This document shows positions 1 to 9,899 of a stretch of DNA of 64,000 nt, piece after piece (position 1 is the stretch's first letter; each line of letters begins with the position of its first letter). Both the position numbers and the translations under genes were made by a program. The DNA comes from a virus, in the IMG/VR virus record IMGVR_UViG_3300020420_000008, positions 82,610 through 146,609 of that record; one strand, written 5' to 3'. The notes beneath the pieces were generated by a model, which worked only from the letters and a program-made list of their open reading frames with translations, had not been told where the DNA came from and did no database searches.

Positions 1-2
1 GA

Positions 3-500
3 GGTGCTGGAGGTGGTGATGGCGGACGTGCCGCCGGTGGTGGATTTGTTGGTGGTGGTGCAGGTAGTAATTCTGGAGGAGGCTCAGGTAGTACTGGTAG
101 TATTGCACACTCGGCGGCAGGAAGTGCTGAAGGTAGTAATATTGCAGGACGTGGTGGTACAGCTGGTGGAGGAGGAGGCGGCTGGGGCCGAGATCAAAAT
201 AAAGGTAATACAACGAGAACGACAGCAGGCTCCGGTGGCGGAGGTGGAAGAGCATTTCCTGGAACTGGTGGCGGTGGTGGTAGTAATCCTGGCTTTGCAA
301 ATCCTGGAGGTGGTGGAGGAAGTTCTACTGGTGGAGGCGGGGGTGGCTCCACTCATACCGGCGGTGGTGGCGGTGGTTGGGGTTCTTCTGGTGGTGGCGC
401 CGGTGGAGGCGGCGGTGGTGGCGGTGGTAGAGCCGTACATCGAAACGGAAGAAGTATTTCACACAACAACAATAGATTTCATGGATCAATAGCAGGATAA
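3..500 (+). CDS. C-terminal part of a polyglycine-rich adhesin, T-even gp38-like (5' end outside window)
   Basis: Frame starting at nt 3 is open to TAA 498-500 and reads GAGGGDGGRAAGGGFVGGG...GGGGGWG...GGGGRAVHRNGRSISHNNNRFHGSIAG*. Gly runs and the ending resemble gp38. Not in the supplied ORF track. Confidence 0.75.
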   Translation, partial: GAGGGDGGRAAGGGFVGGGAGSNSGGGSGSTGSIAHSAAGSAEGSNIAGRGGTAGGGGGGWGRDQNKGNTTRTTAGSGGGGGRAFPGTGGGGGSNPGFANPGGGGGSSTGGGGGGSTHTGGGGGGWGSSGGGAGGGGGGGGGRAVHRNGRSISHNNNRFHGSIAG

Positions 501-505
501 TTATT

Positions 506-1402
506 ATGTATATGAACGCAGATATGATGAAGAAAACACTTAATTTATGTGATGAAGCTCACAAAGGATATGAAATAGGACTTAAAATATTACAGGATAA
601 AGGATATCTATCTTTATATAATGAACATGGAGAAAGTCATGCAGGTTTGATGACAATCCCTGAGTGGTTGCTTGTATATAGAACATTTGTTAATTCATAT
701 TGGCCCGAAGATAAAGTAAAAGAATTAGAAGATGCATACTCTCAAGAAGATAATGAAAATGATGTAACACCGAGTTTTAAAAATGATACAGCATTATTAA
801 AACAATTGTCAGATGTTTATGTTACTACTACTAAAGATAGAAATCCAGATTTAACAGAAGAAGAAATAAAATCTAAAGATAAACAATGGTGGTTTGACGA
901 GAATCAAGGTCCATATGGTTATTCATTTTGGATGATTGATAAAACAAAACCAGCACCTATTGAAGCCGTAATATATTGGAATAATCATACTGTAACAAAT
1001 GATTGGTATATAACAATAGATGGTTATGAAACACAAGGTACAAAAGAAGTATTAAATAACAAGACTGTAGAAGAAATAAAAGCTAGATTAGATGAATTAG
1101 TTACAGAGAGAGTAGGAGAACCATTAGCTTCTCAAGATGTAGAACCTGTTGACTTTGATGAATATGGTGGAGTAATAATGAATAAAAGTATGAAAGACGC
1201 TGATGATGAAGATACTTTTATGGTTACAGATCATCTAGGCAATTCAGTTGCGGTAGATGGTATGGAGAAAGCTATAGAAACTGCTACAGCATATAGAAAG
1301 GCTAAAGCAGAGTTTCAATTATCTTTTTTCATATGGAGAAAAATAACTGAACCAGGTGGTTATTTTGCTTGGAGAGAAGAGAATATAGCAGATTACTTAT
1401 AG
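506..1402 (+). CDS. hypothetical protein (acidic)
   Basis: 298 aa ORF with AGGA RBS and phage-typical codon use. Confidence 0.7.
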   Translation: MYMNADMMKKTLNLCDEAHKGYEIGLKILQDKGYLSLYNEHGESHAGLMTIPEWLLVYRTFVNSYWPEDKVKELEDAYSQEDNENDVTPSFKNDTALLKQLSDVYVTTTKDRNPDLTEEEIKSKDKQWWFDENQGPYGYSFWMIDKTKPAPIEAVIYWNNHTVTNDWYITIDGYETQGTKEVLNNKTVEEIKARLDELVTERVGEPLASQDVEPVDFDEYGGVIMNKSMKDADDEDTFMVTDHLGNSVAVDGMEKAIETATAYRKAKAEFQLSFFIWRKITEPGGYFAWREENIADYL

Positions 1403-1411
1403 TACTCATAT

Positions 1412-1419
1412 TATAAATA
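1412..1419 (+). promoter_or_regulatory. T4-type late promoter TATAAATA
   Basis: Exact gp55 consensus in an intergenic gap. Confidence 0.85.
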
Positions 1420-1441
1420 GTACATAAACAAAGGTGTTAAG

Positions 1442-1792
1442 ATGGGTGCTAAAGCTAACATAGTCGTGGATCAAGGTACAGATTTCGCAACAACAATCAC
1501 TGTTAGAGACAATAGTGGTGTTGCTGTAAATCTTACAAACTACACCGGACATGGACAAATAAGAAAACATTATACTTCAACTGTTGCACATAATATGCAG
1601 ATAGTATTTGAAAGTCCAAGAGAAAGTGGGCAATTAACAATGAAGCTATCTAGAGGACAGACAGCAAACTTAGCTTCGGGAAGATATGTTTATGATGTAG
1701 AAGTAACAGATAGTGCAAACACACGTTCAAGATTGATAGAAGGCATAGTCACAGTAACACCACAAGTAACACGCAGTAACGAGAGTACATAA
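1442..1792 (+). CDS. small virion structural protein (Ig/BppU-N-like)
   Basis: NIVVDQGTDF...GRYVYDVEVTD...RLIEGIVTVTP pattern typical of marine T4-like virion proteins. Confidence 0.7.
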   Translation: MGAKANIVVDQGTDFATTITVRDNSGVAVNLTNYTGHGQIRKHYTSTVAHNMQIVFESPRESGQLTMKLSRGQTANLASGRYVYDVEVTDSANTRSRLIEGIVTVTPQVTRSNEST

Positions 1793-1794
1793 AA

Positions 1795-4700
1795 ATGGCG
1801 GACTTTGATGTTACGCTAGGTTCAAATAAAGGTAACTTAAATGTAGAGTTCGATAAACCTACGCAAGATTTAACTTTAAAGAATCAGGCGGCTACTAAGA
1901 CAAATATAAGAGACTTCAACGATGTTGATAGCAACACTTTTCAAGGTGCACCGGCGGCGAATGGTGAGTCTATACTTGTCTATAATGCCAATACAAAACT
2001 CTTTCAGTTACGCTCAGGTAATATAAGACTTAGAGAAAATCCAGCACATTATTCAGGATTAAAGTATACAGCCGAAGGTGCTTTTATACCTGACACAAAC
2101 AATGCTTACGATTTAGGTTCTCCAGGAAGAAGATTTAGAACACTATTCTTATCTGGCGAAACAATTAAGTTAGGTAATTTAAATCTTTCTGATTCAGGTG
2201 ATACAATCACTATCACAAAAGATACTATTATCGATGGTGTTATTCAGAATGTTGTTATTGGTACTCTCAGCACACAAACTCTAAACACAGATAATTTTGA
2301 AGCCGCCAATCTAGTAGCGAATAGTACATTTACTGTAGAAACACCAAGAGCCTTTTTTAATCAAGGTATGACTGTAAAGTCGGGTGTCATACAAGCGAGT
2401 AATACACATCTTCATGCAAATAATATATCGATAAGAAATAATCTAACTGTCAACGGTGCTATCATACTCAGAGGTAGCACAATGAATCTTGGTGATGGCG
2501 GTGATGTCATAAATCTTGGTGCTACAGTTAATACTAGTATTTTACCTACAAGTTCTAATTTGCTTGATATTGGTGCGCCTGCACAGAAATACGCAAATGT
2601 ATTTACAACAAGCGTAAAAGGTTTACAAACACCAACAGAAGGTACAGATGGTGCTAATAAAGCATATGTAGACGATAGTATAGGCAATATAAGCACAACG
2701 GCAGATGGCACAACACTAGGTACTGGTTTCAATACACTGAATGATGGCGCATCAGTAGGATTTCAAGCTAGTGATAATTTAATATCCACTCTTGATAATA
2801 TCAATGAGACAGCTTTTAATATTTTTAAAAATACATATGTTCGTGATGTAACTTTTGCTTCAGATAAAACATCAGGTGGTGCTGGCACGACTGTTACTCT
2901 TACATTGACTGTAACAGGAAATGCAACTAGATTTGATATTAATTGGGGCGATGGTTCTACTGATACTGACGTAACTGATACAACACCGAGTCATACATAT
3001 ACATCAAATGCAGGTTCTCCATATACAGTTGTAGTTACTGCTAGAAATCATAATGCTATTTCAGGTTCTAAGGGAAGTTCAGCATCTTTTACAAGAACAA
3101 ATTTCATAACAATATTCTTAGCTGATCCAGTTCCTTCATTTACTATTCATGATGCATCGACAGATGGTAACTTAATAACAACAACATCTACAGGTGTACC
3201 GGTATATTTAAATAATACAACGACTAATATACCAAATACAGCTATTACAGCAACTTTCTCCGTAAATTGGGGAGACGGCACTGCTACTGAAAATGTTACA
3301 GGAAAAACAGAAAATGGTGGACCTCAAGGTGGTAGGTTAGCACACACATATACAAATGCATCAGGTACAGGAAGACATACAGTAACACTAAACGTAGTTA
3401 GTTTTGATGCTGGTGATCCTTCTGTTCTGCCTCTCAGTACAACTTCATTGATAAAAGTATTTGATGCTTCTATAGCATCACCTAATCATCTAGGTACAAA
3501 GACAATATCGCTCAACACTTCTTCTGTTGGTACGAATCCTAAAGTTGCATCAGGTTTTACAACAAACGGTGTTTCAGGAACAAACGCTGGTGATAACGTA
3601 ACTCGCTATACTACATCAGGTGCAATTGCAACTGCCGCCATGGGCTCATTTTTCTTTCAAGCAGATGGTGGTACTCTAAGTGCATTTGTAGATGGTAGTG
3701 CAGACGGACAAAAAGCTATTACTAATGCAAATGATGAAGGAACTTTTACAAGTCTCATCATTGACGATGAGCAAGATTATAACAGCTTTGATGCAGATGG
3801 CAATACTGTAGCAGTAAATAGTAGAATATATGCTCCAGGATTATTCGAAGGTTATAAAGCACGAATATCAAAGAGTAATTTCTCAACAGGCTTACACTCT
3901 CTTCAATTACAATCAACTGCTGGTAATACTAACACATTGAAGTTTATCAGAGATGATGTAACAATAACACCTACAACAAGTGTAGGTTCTGCAACACTTA
4001 CACAGGCGTCAGCTGGTACATTATCTTATATATCAGGTATACCTTACTATACAAATGATGCAACACTCACTCTTGCTGGTGTAACTGTACAAAGTTTTAC
4101 AGGACAAACTTTTCAAGACACAACATCACCTGTAGTAGTAGAAAACTCTACTGACTTAGAAGGCACATCAGGTAATGCAATAGGAACAAATAACTTTACA
4201 TACGCAAATATAGATGGTAGTACAACTATGTTAGAAAGTGGTACACCAAAAGTAAATATAGGAACAGCATCACCTTACGCTCTAGGTAATCTTACAGTAA
4301 ATGTAAATGGTGGCGGTAAACGTGTAGAAAGATTACAAGTAAAAGCAAAGAACTCAAACGGAACTGGTAGTGCTGTAATATTAGCATCGCCTGCAATACA
4401 AGCATATAATGGTAGTAAATCGTTTGATGAGACTGCGATACCTGTATCAGACTCACTAGGTGCTGGCTTTGATAATGATGCCAAACGTATTCATAGTTTG
4501 ACTGGTGGTGCAGTAGCATTTAGTAATTCTACTGATTACTTTGCAGATAACGCTTTTACAGGTGCCCAAACAGTAGCAGGCACAACTGAAGCGATAGTGC
4601 GATACGATACACTAAAGCACTTCACAACTGATTTGTCAAGTGGTTATTTACCAGCTGGACCTAATTTAAATACAGGACGTTCAGGTGCCCAACATTTTGT

Positions 4701-5076
4701 TTTTGCTTTCAAGAGAACAACTGTTTCACGTTTTAGTATTACGCTTACGGGTAAAGTATCAGGACTTTTTGTAGCTGTTCCTAATACTGCAATGGATACA
4801 GCATCAGGTATAAATGGTTGGGGAGATGCGTCAATACAATATGCAGGTTCTGGTGTTCCTGGTTCAGACACAAGTAACGGCGGTAACGGAAGTAACGGTA
4901 TTGCAGAAACAGGTTCTGATAAAATTATAGATGGTACAAATTATAGTAATCAAACATTTACAATGACACTTGGTACTGTGTCTTCATCAAACTCATTTAA
5001 TAATCAGATACTTATCTCTATAGTCCTAAATAGTGATGATAGTTTAACTGCACTATCGATAGGAGTACCGAGTTAA
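1795..5076 (+). CDS. virion structural/tail protein with PKD-like domains
   Basis: Two 'NWGDG...HTY' PKD motifs; Thr/Gly/Ser-rich. Confidence 0.75.
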   Translation: MADFDVTLGSNKGNLNVEFDKPTQDLTLKNQAATKTNIRDFNDVDSNTFQGAPAANGESILVYNANTKLFQLRSGNIRLRENPAHYSGLKYTAEGAFIPDTNNAYDLGSPGRRFRTLFLSGETIKLGNLNLSDSGDTITITKDTIIDGVIQNVVIGTLSTQTLNTDNFEAANLVANSTFTVETPRAFFNQGMTVKSGVIQASNTHLHANNISIRNNLTVNGAIILRGSTMNLGDGGDVINLGATVNTSILPTSSNLLDIGAPAQKYANVFTTSVKGLQTPTEGTDGANKAYVDDSIGNISTTADGTTLGTGFNTLNDGASVGFQASDNLISTLDNINETAFNIFKNTYVRDVTFASDKTSGGAGTTVTLTLTVTGNATRFDINWGDGSTDTDVTDTTPSHTYTSNAGSPYTVVVTARNHNAISGSKGSSASFTRTNFITIFLADPVPSFTIHDASTDGNLITTTSTGVPVYLNNTTTNIPNTAITATFSVNWGDGTATENVTGKTENGGPQGGRLAHTYTNASGTGRHTVTLNVVSFDAGDPSVLPLSTTSLIKVFDASIASPNHLGTKTISLNTSSVGTNPKVASGFTTNGVSGTNAGDNVTRYTTSGAIATAAMGSFFFQADGGTLSAFVDGSADGQKAITNANDEGTFTSLIIDDEQDYNSFDADGNTVAVNSRIYAPGLFEGYKARISKSNFSTGLHSLQLQSTAGNTNTLKFIRDDVTITPTTSVGSATLTQASAGTLSYISGIPYYTNDATLTLAGVTVQSFTGQTFQDTTSPVVVENSTDLEGTSGNAIGTNNFTYANIDGSTTMLESGTPKVNIGTASPYALGNLTVNVNGGGKRVERLQVKAKNSNGTGSAVILASPAIQAYNGSKSFDETAIPVSDSLGAGFDNDAKRIHSLTGGAVAFSNSTDYFADNAFTGAQTVAGTTEAIVRYDTLKHFTTDLSSGYLPAGPNLNTGRSGAQHFVFAFKRTTVSRFSITLTGKVSGLFVAVPNTAMDTASGINGWGDASIQYAGSGVPGSDTSNGGNGSNGIAETGSDKIIDGTNYSNQTFTMTLGTVSSSNSFNNQILISIVLNSDDSLTALSIGVPS

Positions 5077-5918
5077 TGGCAATATCTGATTCACAGAAAG
5101 TAGATTATTTGTGGAAAAAGCTTGGTTATGGTAAAGCTAAGACTGACACAAATACCAATAAGAAAGCGCCTAACGAAGCGATAGACTCACCTTTGCTGAT
5201 GAGAGGTGATATCATATGGGCTCAAGCAGACTTGATACCATCTACGATACCCGATGCAACTAATACTCATGTAAGAGTTTACAAGGCTACTACAGCAATA
5301 GAAACTACAGAAGATAATACAGCAACAGCAAATAGAACTTGGAAAACAGGACAAACAGATTGGATACCAACACAGTTTGGTTCTACATATCTTGTCAAAG
5401 TATATACTGATTCGGCAGGGGCGGCAAATGCACCTTCAACAGGCACACAGCTTTTCGCAACTGGTTCTGGTAATGATGATGAATGGTTCTTTGACTATGA
5501 GGCTGGTGTACTACATTTTATAGGTTCAAATATACCATCGTCAGTCTCAGGTAAAAAAGTTTTCATAGAAGGTGCTAGATACATAGGTGCAAAAGGTATA
5601 GCTTCTGCTAATAACATGACTACACTAGGTGCTAAAATTGTACAAGCAAATACCATCTCTATGGCGAATACTACATCAACATCATCACTAAAAATAACAG
5701 GTGCAAATAGTACTGTAAAATCAGCAAATGTTGTTATAGAAAAAGTTGCAACTATAGGAGAACTTAGATTAGGTAATCATATAGATAATGGTGTACTTAT
5801 AGGAAGAACATTTAATAAAAGAGTAGGTTTTGTTGCACCAGGAAGTTTTGGAACAGTTTTTCAAATCGCCGCCAATGGTACACCTACTTTTACTAATCTA
5901 ACAGGTGGTAGCTACTAA
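5076..5918 (+). CDS. virion structural protein
   Basis: TAATG-coupled to the upstream gene; beta-rich; ends ...TGGSY like the neighbouring fibre. Confidence 0.7.
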   Translation: MAISDSQKVDYLWKKLGYGKAKTDTNTNKKAPNEAIDSPLLMRGDIIWAQADLIPSTIPDATNTHVRVYKATTAIETTEDNTATANRTWKTGQTDWIPTQFGSTYLVKVYTDSAGAANAPSTGTQLFATGSGNDDEWFFDYEAGVLHFIGSNIPSSVSGKKVFIEGARYIGAKGIASANNMTTLGAKIVQANTISMANTTSTSSLKITGANSTVKSANVVIEKVATIGELRLGNHIDNGVLIGRTFNKRVGFVAPGSFGTVFQIAANGTPTFTNLTGGSY

Positions 5919-5933
5919 TTATGAAAGAGTGAA

Positions 5934-6605
5934 ATGAGTGATTATTCATATATAAATCCAAAATCTTTTGAAGAATCTAGCAATCAAGCCATAGCAGAAC
6001 TACATGAAACTATAATAACTTTACGTGCTAGAATATTTACTTTAGAAAAAGAAGTTAAAGATGAAAAAGAAAAATTAAAACATGCGAAAAATGATGTTTT
6101 ACTTAAAGAGAAAGCTTTCGATAACGGTTTAAAATTATTAAATACAGGTGATGAAGAATTATTAAGATTGAGAAAAGAAGTGAAATATTATGAAGATAAT
6201 ATAGATTTGGTATGGAAAAGAAGAATACGTCCTGAAAAACTTAAACAAGAAAAAGAAGAAAAAATTAAAAAAAGTGTCATAGGTAGACTTGGTGCAGTAG
6301 GTTGGCAAAAGATTATAACTGATTTAAAACGAGCTTTTGATAGAGATAGAAAAAAATTCGAACAAACTCAAACTAAATACAGTAAATTAGTAGAAGATAA
6401 TGAAAATATGCCTGTTCCTGACTCTGTTATGCAGTCAATAGACGAAAGAGTAACGGATTTGCAGAATGAATTAAAGCTTGCAAAAGAAGATTTAGAGTAT
6501 TATAAAAAATTTATTAAAGATAAGTCTGTAATAACAAAGAGACTAAACGCTACAGGAAGACAACAACGTAAAAGTTTAAGAGAACAATTAGGTATTAAGA
6601 AATAA
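5934..6605 (+). CDS. coiled-coil hypothetical protein
   Basis: Lys/Glu-rich heptads with a twice-repeated motif (LRKEVKYYE / AKEDLEYYK). Confidence 0.65.
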   Translation: MSDYSYINPKSFEESSNQAIAELHETIITLRARIFTLEKEVKDEKEKLKHAKNDVLLKEKAFDNGLKLLNTGDEELLRLRKEVKYYEDNIDLVWKRRIRPEKLKQEKEEKIKKSVIGRLGAVGWQKIITDLKRAFDRDRKKFEQTQTKYSKLVEDNENMPVPDSVMQSIDERVTDLQNELKLAKEDLEYYKKFIKDKSVITKRLNATGRQQRKSLREQLGIKK

Positions 6606-6612
6606 TAATTAT

Positions 6613-6620
6613 TATAAATA
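6613..6620 (+). promoter_or_regulatory. late promoter TATAAATA
   Basis: Exact consensus, intergenic. Confidence 0.85.
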
Positions 6621-6664
6621 AACAATAGATTAACTTAAAGAAGAGAATTTAAGGAGCTTTTCAA

Positions 6665-9600
6665 ATGGCAAGTGTTAACACAATTATAATAAAAAACTCA
6701 GCCGTAACTGGTAAAACACCAGTTGCCTCTGATTTAGAAGTAGGCGAATTGGCTCTGAATACGGCTGATGGTTTACTTTTTACAAAGCAAGCTGATAGTA
6801 CAATTATCAAGATAGCAGGAGATAATCTATCTTTAACAAATGAAGTTGTAAATGATGGAGCCGCCAACGAAGGTGCTAAAATAAATCTTATCAACGCTCT
6901 AGCATCAGGTAACGTAAACGAAGGATCGTTTACAATCGAAGGTTCTTCCACTGTACAAGTAACTCATGACTCAACAAATAATAAAGTCGTACTAAGTTCA
7001 GGTGGTGGAACAGTTACAGGTATATCCTCAGGAGGCACAACTGTTAATCCAGCATCAGGAGTTATAGACTTTGTTGGTGGGAATGGTATTACTGTAACTG
7101 CTAATGATGGCACTGATGCCTTAACTTTAGCAATAGGTGGTGCTGATAGTAGTTCAAATGCAGTTTCCGGTGTCAAGACATATTCAACACAACAGATATT
7201 CAACGCTGGACTTACAACAGGTAATGGAGCTACTAGTGCAGGATTCATTCACTTTTTAGAAGATAGTACCGATGGCACTAACAAAGTAATATTGCAAGGT
7301 GCATCAAGTGGTAGTGATATAACCTTAACTCTTCCTGTTGTAACAAGTACAACTCTTGTAGGTGAAGCTGGTGCCCAAACTCTTACAGAAAAAACACTTA
7401 CCGCACCAACAATTAACGGCGTAGTTGGAGGTACAACTACTTCACAGACAATTACAACACTTAACACATCAACTATAAATCTTGGTGGGGCGGCAATAAC
7501 ATCAACAGCCGCCGAACTTAACTTACTTGATGGTGTAGCAGGACTTGTACAAGCTGACTTTACAAAACTGGCGGCAGTCGATGCAACGGCAGCCGAACTT
7601 AATATATTAGACGGAGATACTTCTGCTACATCTACCACAGTTGCTGATGCAGACAGAGTAGTATTGAACGACAATGGTACTATGGTACAGGTTGCCGTAA
7701 CAGACTTGGCTGCCTACTTTGACGATGAAATCACAGCAATGCCTAATCTTGTTGCAACTGGTGCGTTAAACTCAGGTACTATTACTTCTGGTTTTGGTAA
7801 CATAAACAACGGCGCTTCAACAATAACTACAACAGGACAAATCAGTGGTGGCGCTCTTGTAGTTGATACTATAACAGTTGATGGTTCAACAGTAACTGCA
7901 TCAGGAGATTTAACACTAGATAGTGGTGGTGATATCGTTTTAGATGCTGACGGCGCAAACGTAACAATAAAAGATGCTGGCGCATCAGTATTAGATATTG
8001 CAAACAGTTCAGGAGACGTAGAACTTACAGTTAGCACAGCCGACAAAAACTTTGCAATCAAAGGAACAGATGGTAGTTCAGGCATAACAGCCTTAGACAT
8101 AGACATGGCACTTGCAGGTAAAGCAACCTTTAATGGTGAAATAGTCACAACAAGCTCTATTACTGGTGGTTCTTTAGTTGCAGATGGTACAACAATAAAC
8201 AACTCAACTATAACTGATACTGGATCCAACTTTAAAATAGACGCTTCCGGTTCAATTAATCTTGATGCCGCCGGTTCTGGAGCCGTGGGTACTATTTCGT
8301 TTGCAGATGCTGGATTAAACTATGGTATAATCTTACCAAGTGCTAATGACGATTTCATGCTTCGTCCAGCACAAACTGATAAAGACATAATACTTCAAGG
8401 TAATGATGACGGTTCTGTAATAGATATGTTAAAGCTAGATGCTAGTGATGCAGGTAATGCAACATTTAGTGGCTCAATAACATCAACAGCAGGAGATGTA
8501 ACCATAACAGCTGGTGATTTAAATATCACTAAGAGTGCATCTGAACAAGCAGAAATAAATCTTTTTGAAGCTACTGGCGCAGGCACTAACAAAATCACAG
8601 TAAAACCTGCTACAGCAACTTTAGGTGGTGATACTGTTCTTACTTTACCGGCAGAAACTGGCTTAGTAATTACAACCGCATCTTCAAACATAGTTAACGC
8701 AAACATAAGTGGATCGGCGGCAATAGCAGATAGTAAGCTTGCTAAAATTACAACAACTGATAAAGTTGGTGCCCAATCTATCGATATAACTTCAGCAACA
8801 GACGGCTCTTCTGGTGGCGGCGCATTTGCTCTAGCTGATGATGACTTTTTCTTGGTACATGACACTGGTGCTGGAGCTACTAAGAAAGTATTGATGTCAC
8901 AACTAGAAACTTATGTTGGTATCGGTGCAGGTGGTTTAGCAATCACAGCAATTGACATAGATGGTGGTACAGATATTGGTGCTGATCTTGTAGATGGTGA
9001 CTTGTTCATTGTTGACGATGGTGCAAACGGAACAAATAGAAAATCTGCAATATCTAGAATTGGTGATTATATCTTTAATAAGATATCAACCGCCACAGCC
9101 ACGGACATATCTATAACCGATGCTGGTGTTGCTACTATTAATCCTAATTCTGTTGCAATGGGTACTGACACAACTGGTAACTATGTTGCTACTATAGCTG
9201 TTGGTTCAAACTTACAAACAACTGGCGCCTCTACAGGCGAAACTATAGCACACACAATCAACTTAGCTACAAATCCAGACATTGCAGGAACATTAGCTGT
9301 TACTGGTGATGTCACAATGGACGCATCTGCTAGTGTTGCTGGTAATCTAACTGTTACAGGAAACTTAGAAGTAAACGGTACAACAACTACTGTTAATACT
9401 GATAACTTATCAGTAGAAGATTCACTAATCGAACTTGCGAGAGGTAACACCTCTGATACACTAGACGTAGGGTTCTTTGGAAATTTCGGCGCCGGCTCAG
9501 ATGTTGATCAAGCAGGTTTAGTAAGAGATGCAGATCATGGTTCAACAGTAAACGGTGTAACACTACCTAAACCTTTCGTACTATTTACCGATCATGATAC

Positions 9601-9805
9601 TACTCCTGATTCTGGAACAGTTAACTTCACAGGTACAGAAGGAACAGATTGGAGCTATGCACCTCTAGCAGTTGGACATATATCACTTGGTGCATCAGGA
9701 GCCGCCGGTACTGCACATATCAAAAGATTAACCGCAGGTTCTGGCTCACTAGCAAACATTGTTGGTGAAATAAAGCACTTCAAGATAGATGGTGGAACAT
9801 ACTAA
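6665..9805 (+). CDS. long tail fibre protein
   Basis: N-terminal 'IKNS...P...L..GELALNTADG' fibre anchor motif, TAAELN repeats and GNLTVTGNLEVNGTTTTVNT fibre motif. Confidence 0.8.
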   Translation: MASVNTIIIKNSAVTGKTPVASDLEVGELALNTADGLLFTKQADSTIIKIAGDNLSLTNEVVNDGAANEGAKINLINALASGNVNEGSFTIEGSSTVQVTHDSTNNKVVLSSGGGTVTGISSGGTTVNPASGVIDFVGGNGITVTANDGTDALTLAIGGADSSSNAVSGVKTYSTQQIFNAGLTTGNGATSAGFIHFLEDSTDGTNKVILQGASSGSDITLTLPVVTSTTLVGEAGAQTLTEKTLTAPTINGVVGGTTTSQTITTLNTSTINLGGAAITSTAAELNLLDGVAGLVQADFTKLAAVDATAAELNILDGDTSATSTTVADADRVVLNDNGTMVQVAVTDLAAYFDDEITAMPNLVATGALNSGTITSGFGNINNGASTITTTGQISGGALVVDTITVDGSTVTASGDLTLDSGGDIVLDADGANVTIKDAGASVLDIANSSGDVELTVSTADKNFAIKGTDGSSGITALDIDMALAGKATFNGEIVTTSSITGGSLVADGTTINNSTITDTGSNFKIDASGSINLDAAGSGAVGTISFADAGLNYGIILPSANDDFMLRPAQTDKDIILQGNDDGSVIDMLKLDASDAGNATFSGSITSTAGDVTITAGDLNITKSASEQAEINLFEATGAGTNKITVKPATATLGGDTVLTLPAETGLVITTASSNIVNANISGSAAIADSKLAKITTTDKVGAQSIDITSATDGSSGGGAFALADDDFFLVHDTGAGATKKVLMSQLETYVGIGAGGLAITAIDIDGGTDIGADLVDGDLFIVDDGANGTNRKSAISRIGDYIFNKISTATATDISITDAGVATINPNSVAMGTDTTGNYVATIAVGSNLQTTGASTGETIAHTINLATNPDIAGTLAVTGDVTMDASASVAGNLTVTGNLEVNGTTTTVNTDNLSVEDSLIELARGNTSDTLDVGFFGNFGAGSDVDQAGLVRDADHGSTVNGVTLPKPFVLFTDHDTTPDSGTVNFTGTEGTDWSYAPLAVGHISLGASGAAGTAHIKRLTAGSGSLANIVGEIKHFKIDGGTY

Positions 9806-9812
9806 TAAATAG

Positions 9813-9841
9813 TTGACAAGCTAACGAATCTATTATATAAT
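9813..9841 (+). promoter_or_regulatory. sigma70-type promoter TTGACA-N17-TATAAT
   Basis: TTGACA 9813-9818 and TATAAT 9836-9841; perfect consensus and spacing. Confidence 0.7.
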
Positions 9842-9899
9842 AGATAGCTATAAATGTAAATGTATCCTTTTTTAAGGATTTTTAGGAAGACGGCTAGAT

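Noticed and set aside
4-492. Val-rich 162-aa ORF from the track, and its antisense ORF 84..440
   Set aside because: Shifted-frame shadows of the GGT/GGC/GGA polyglycine gene in frame 3..500.
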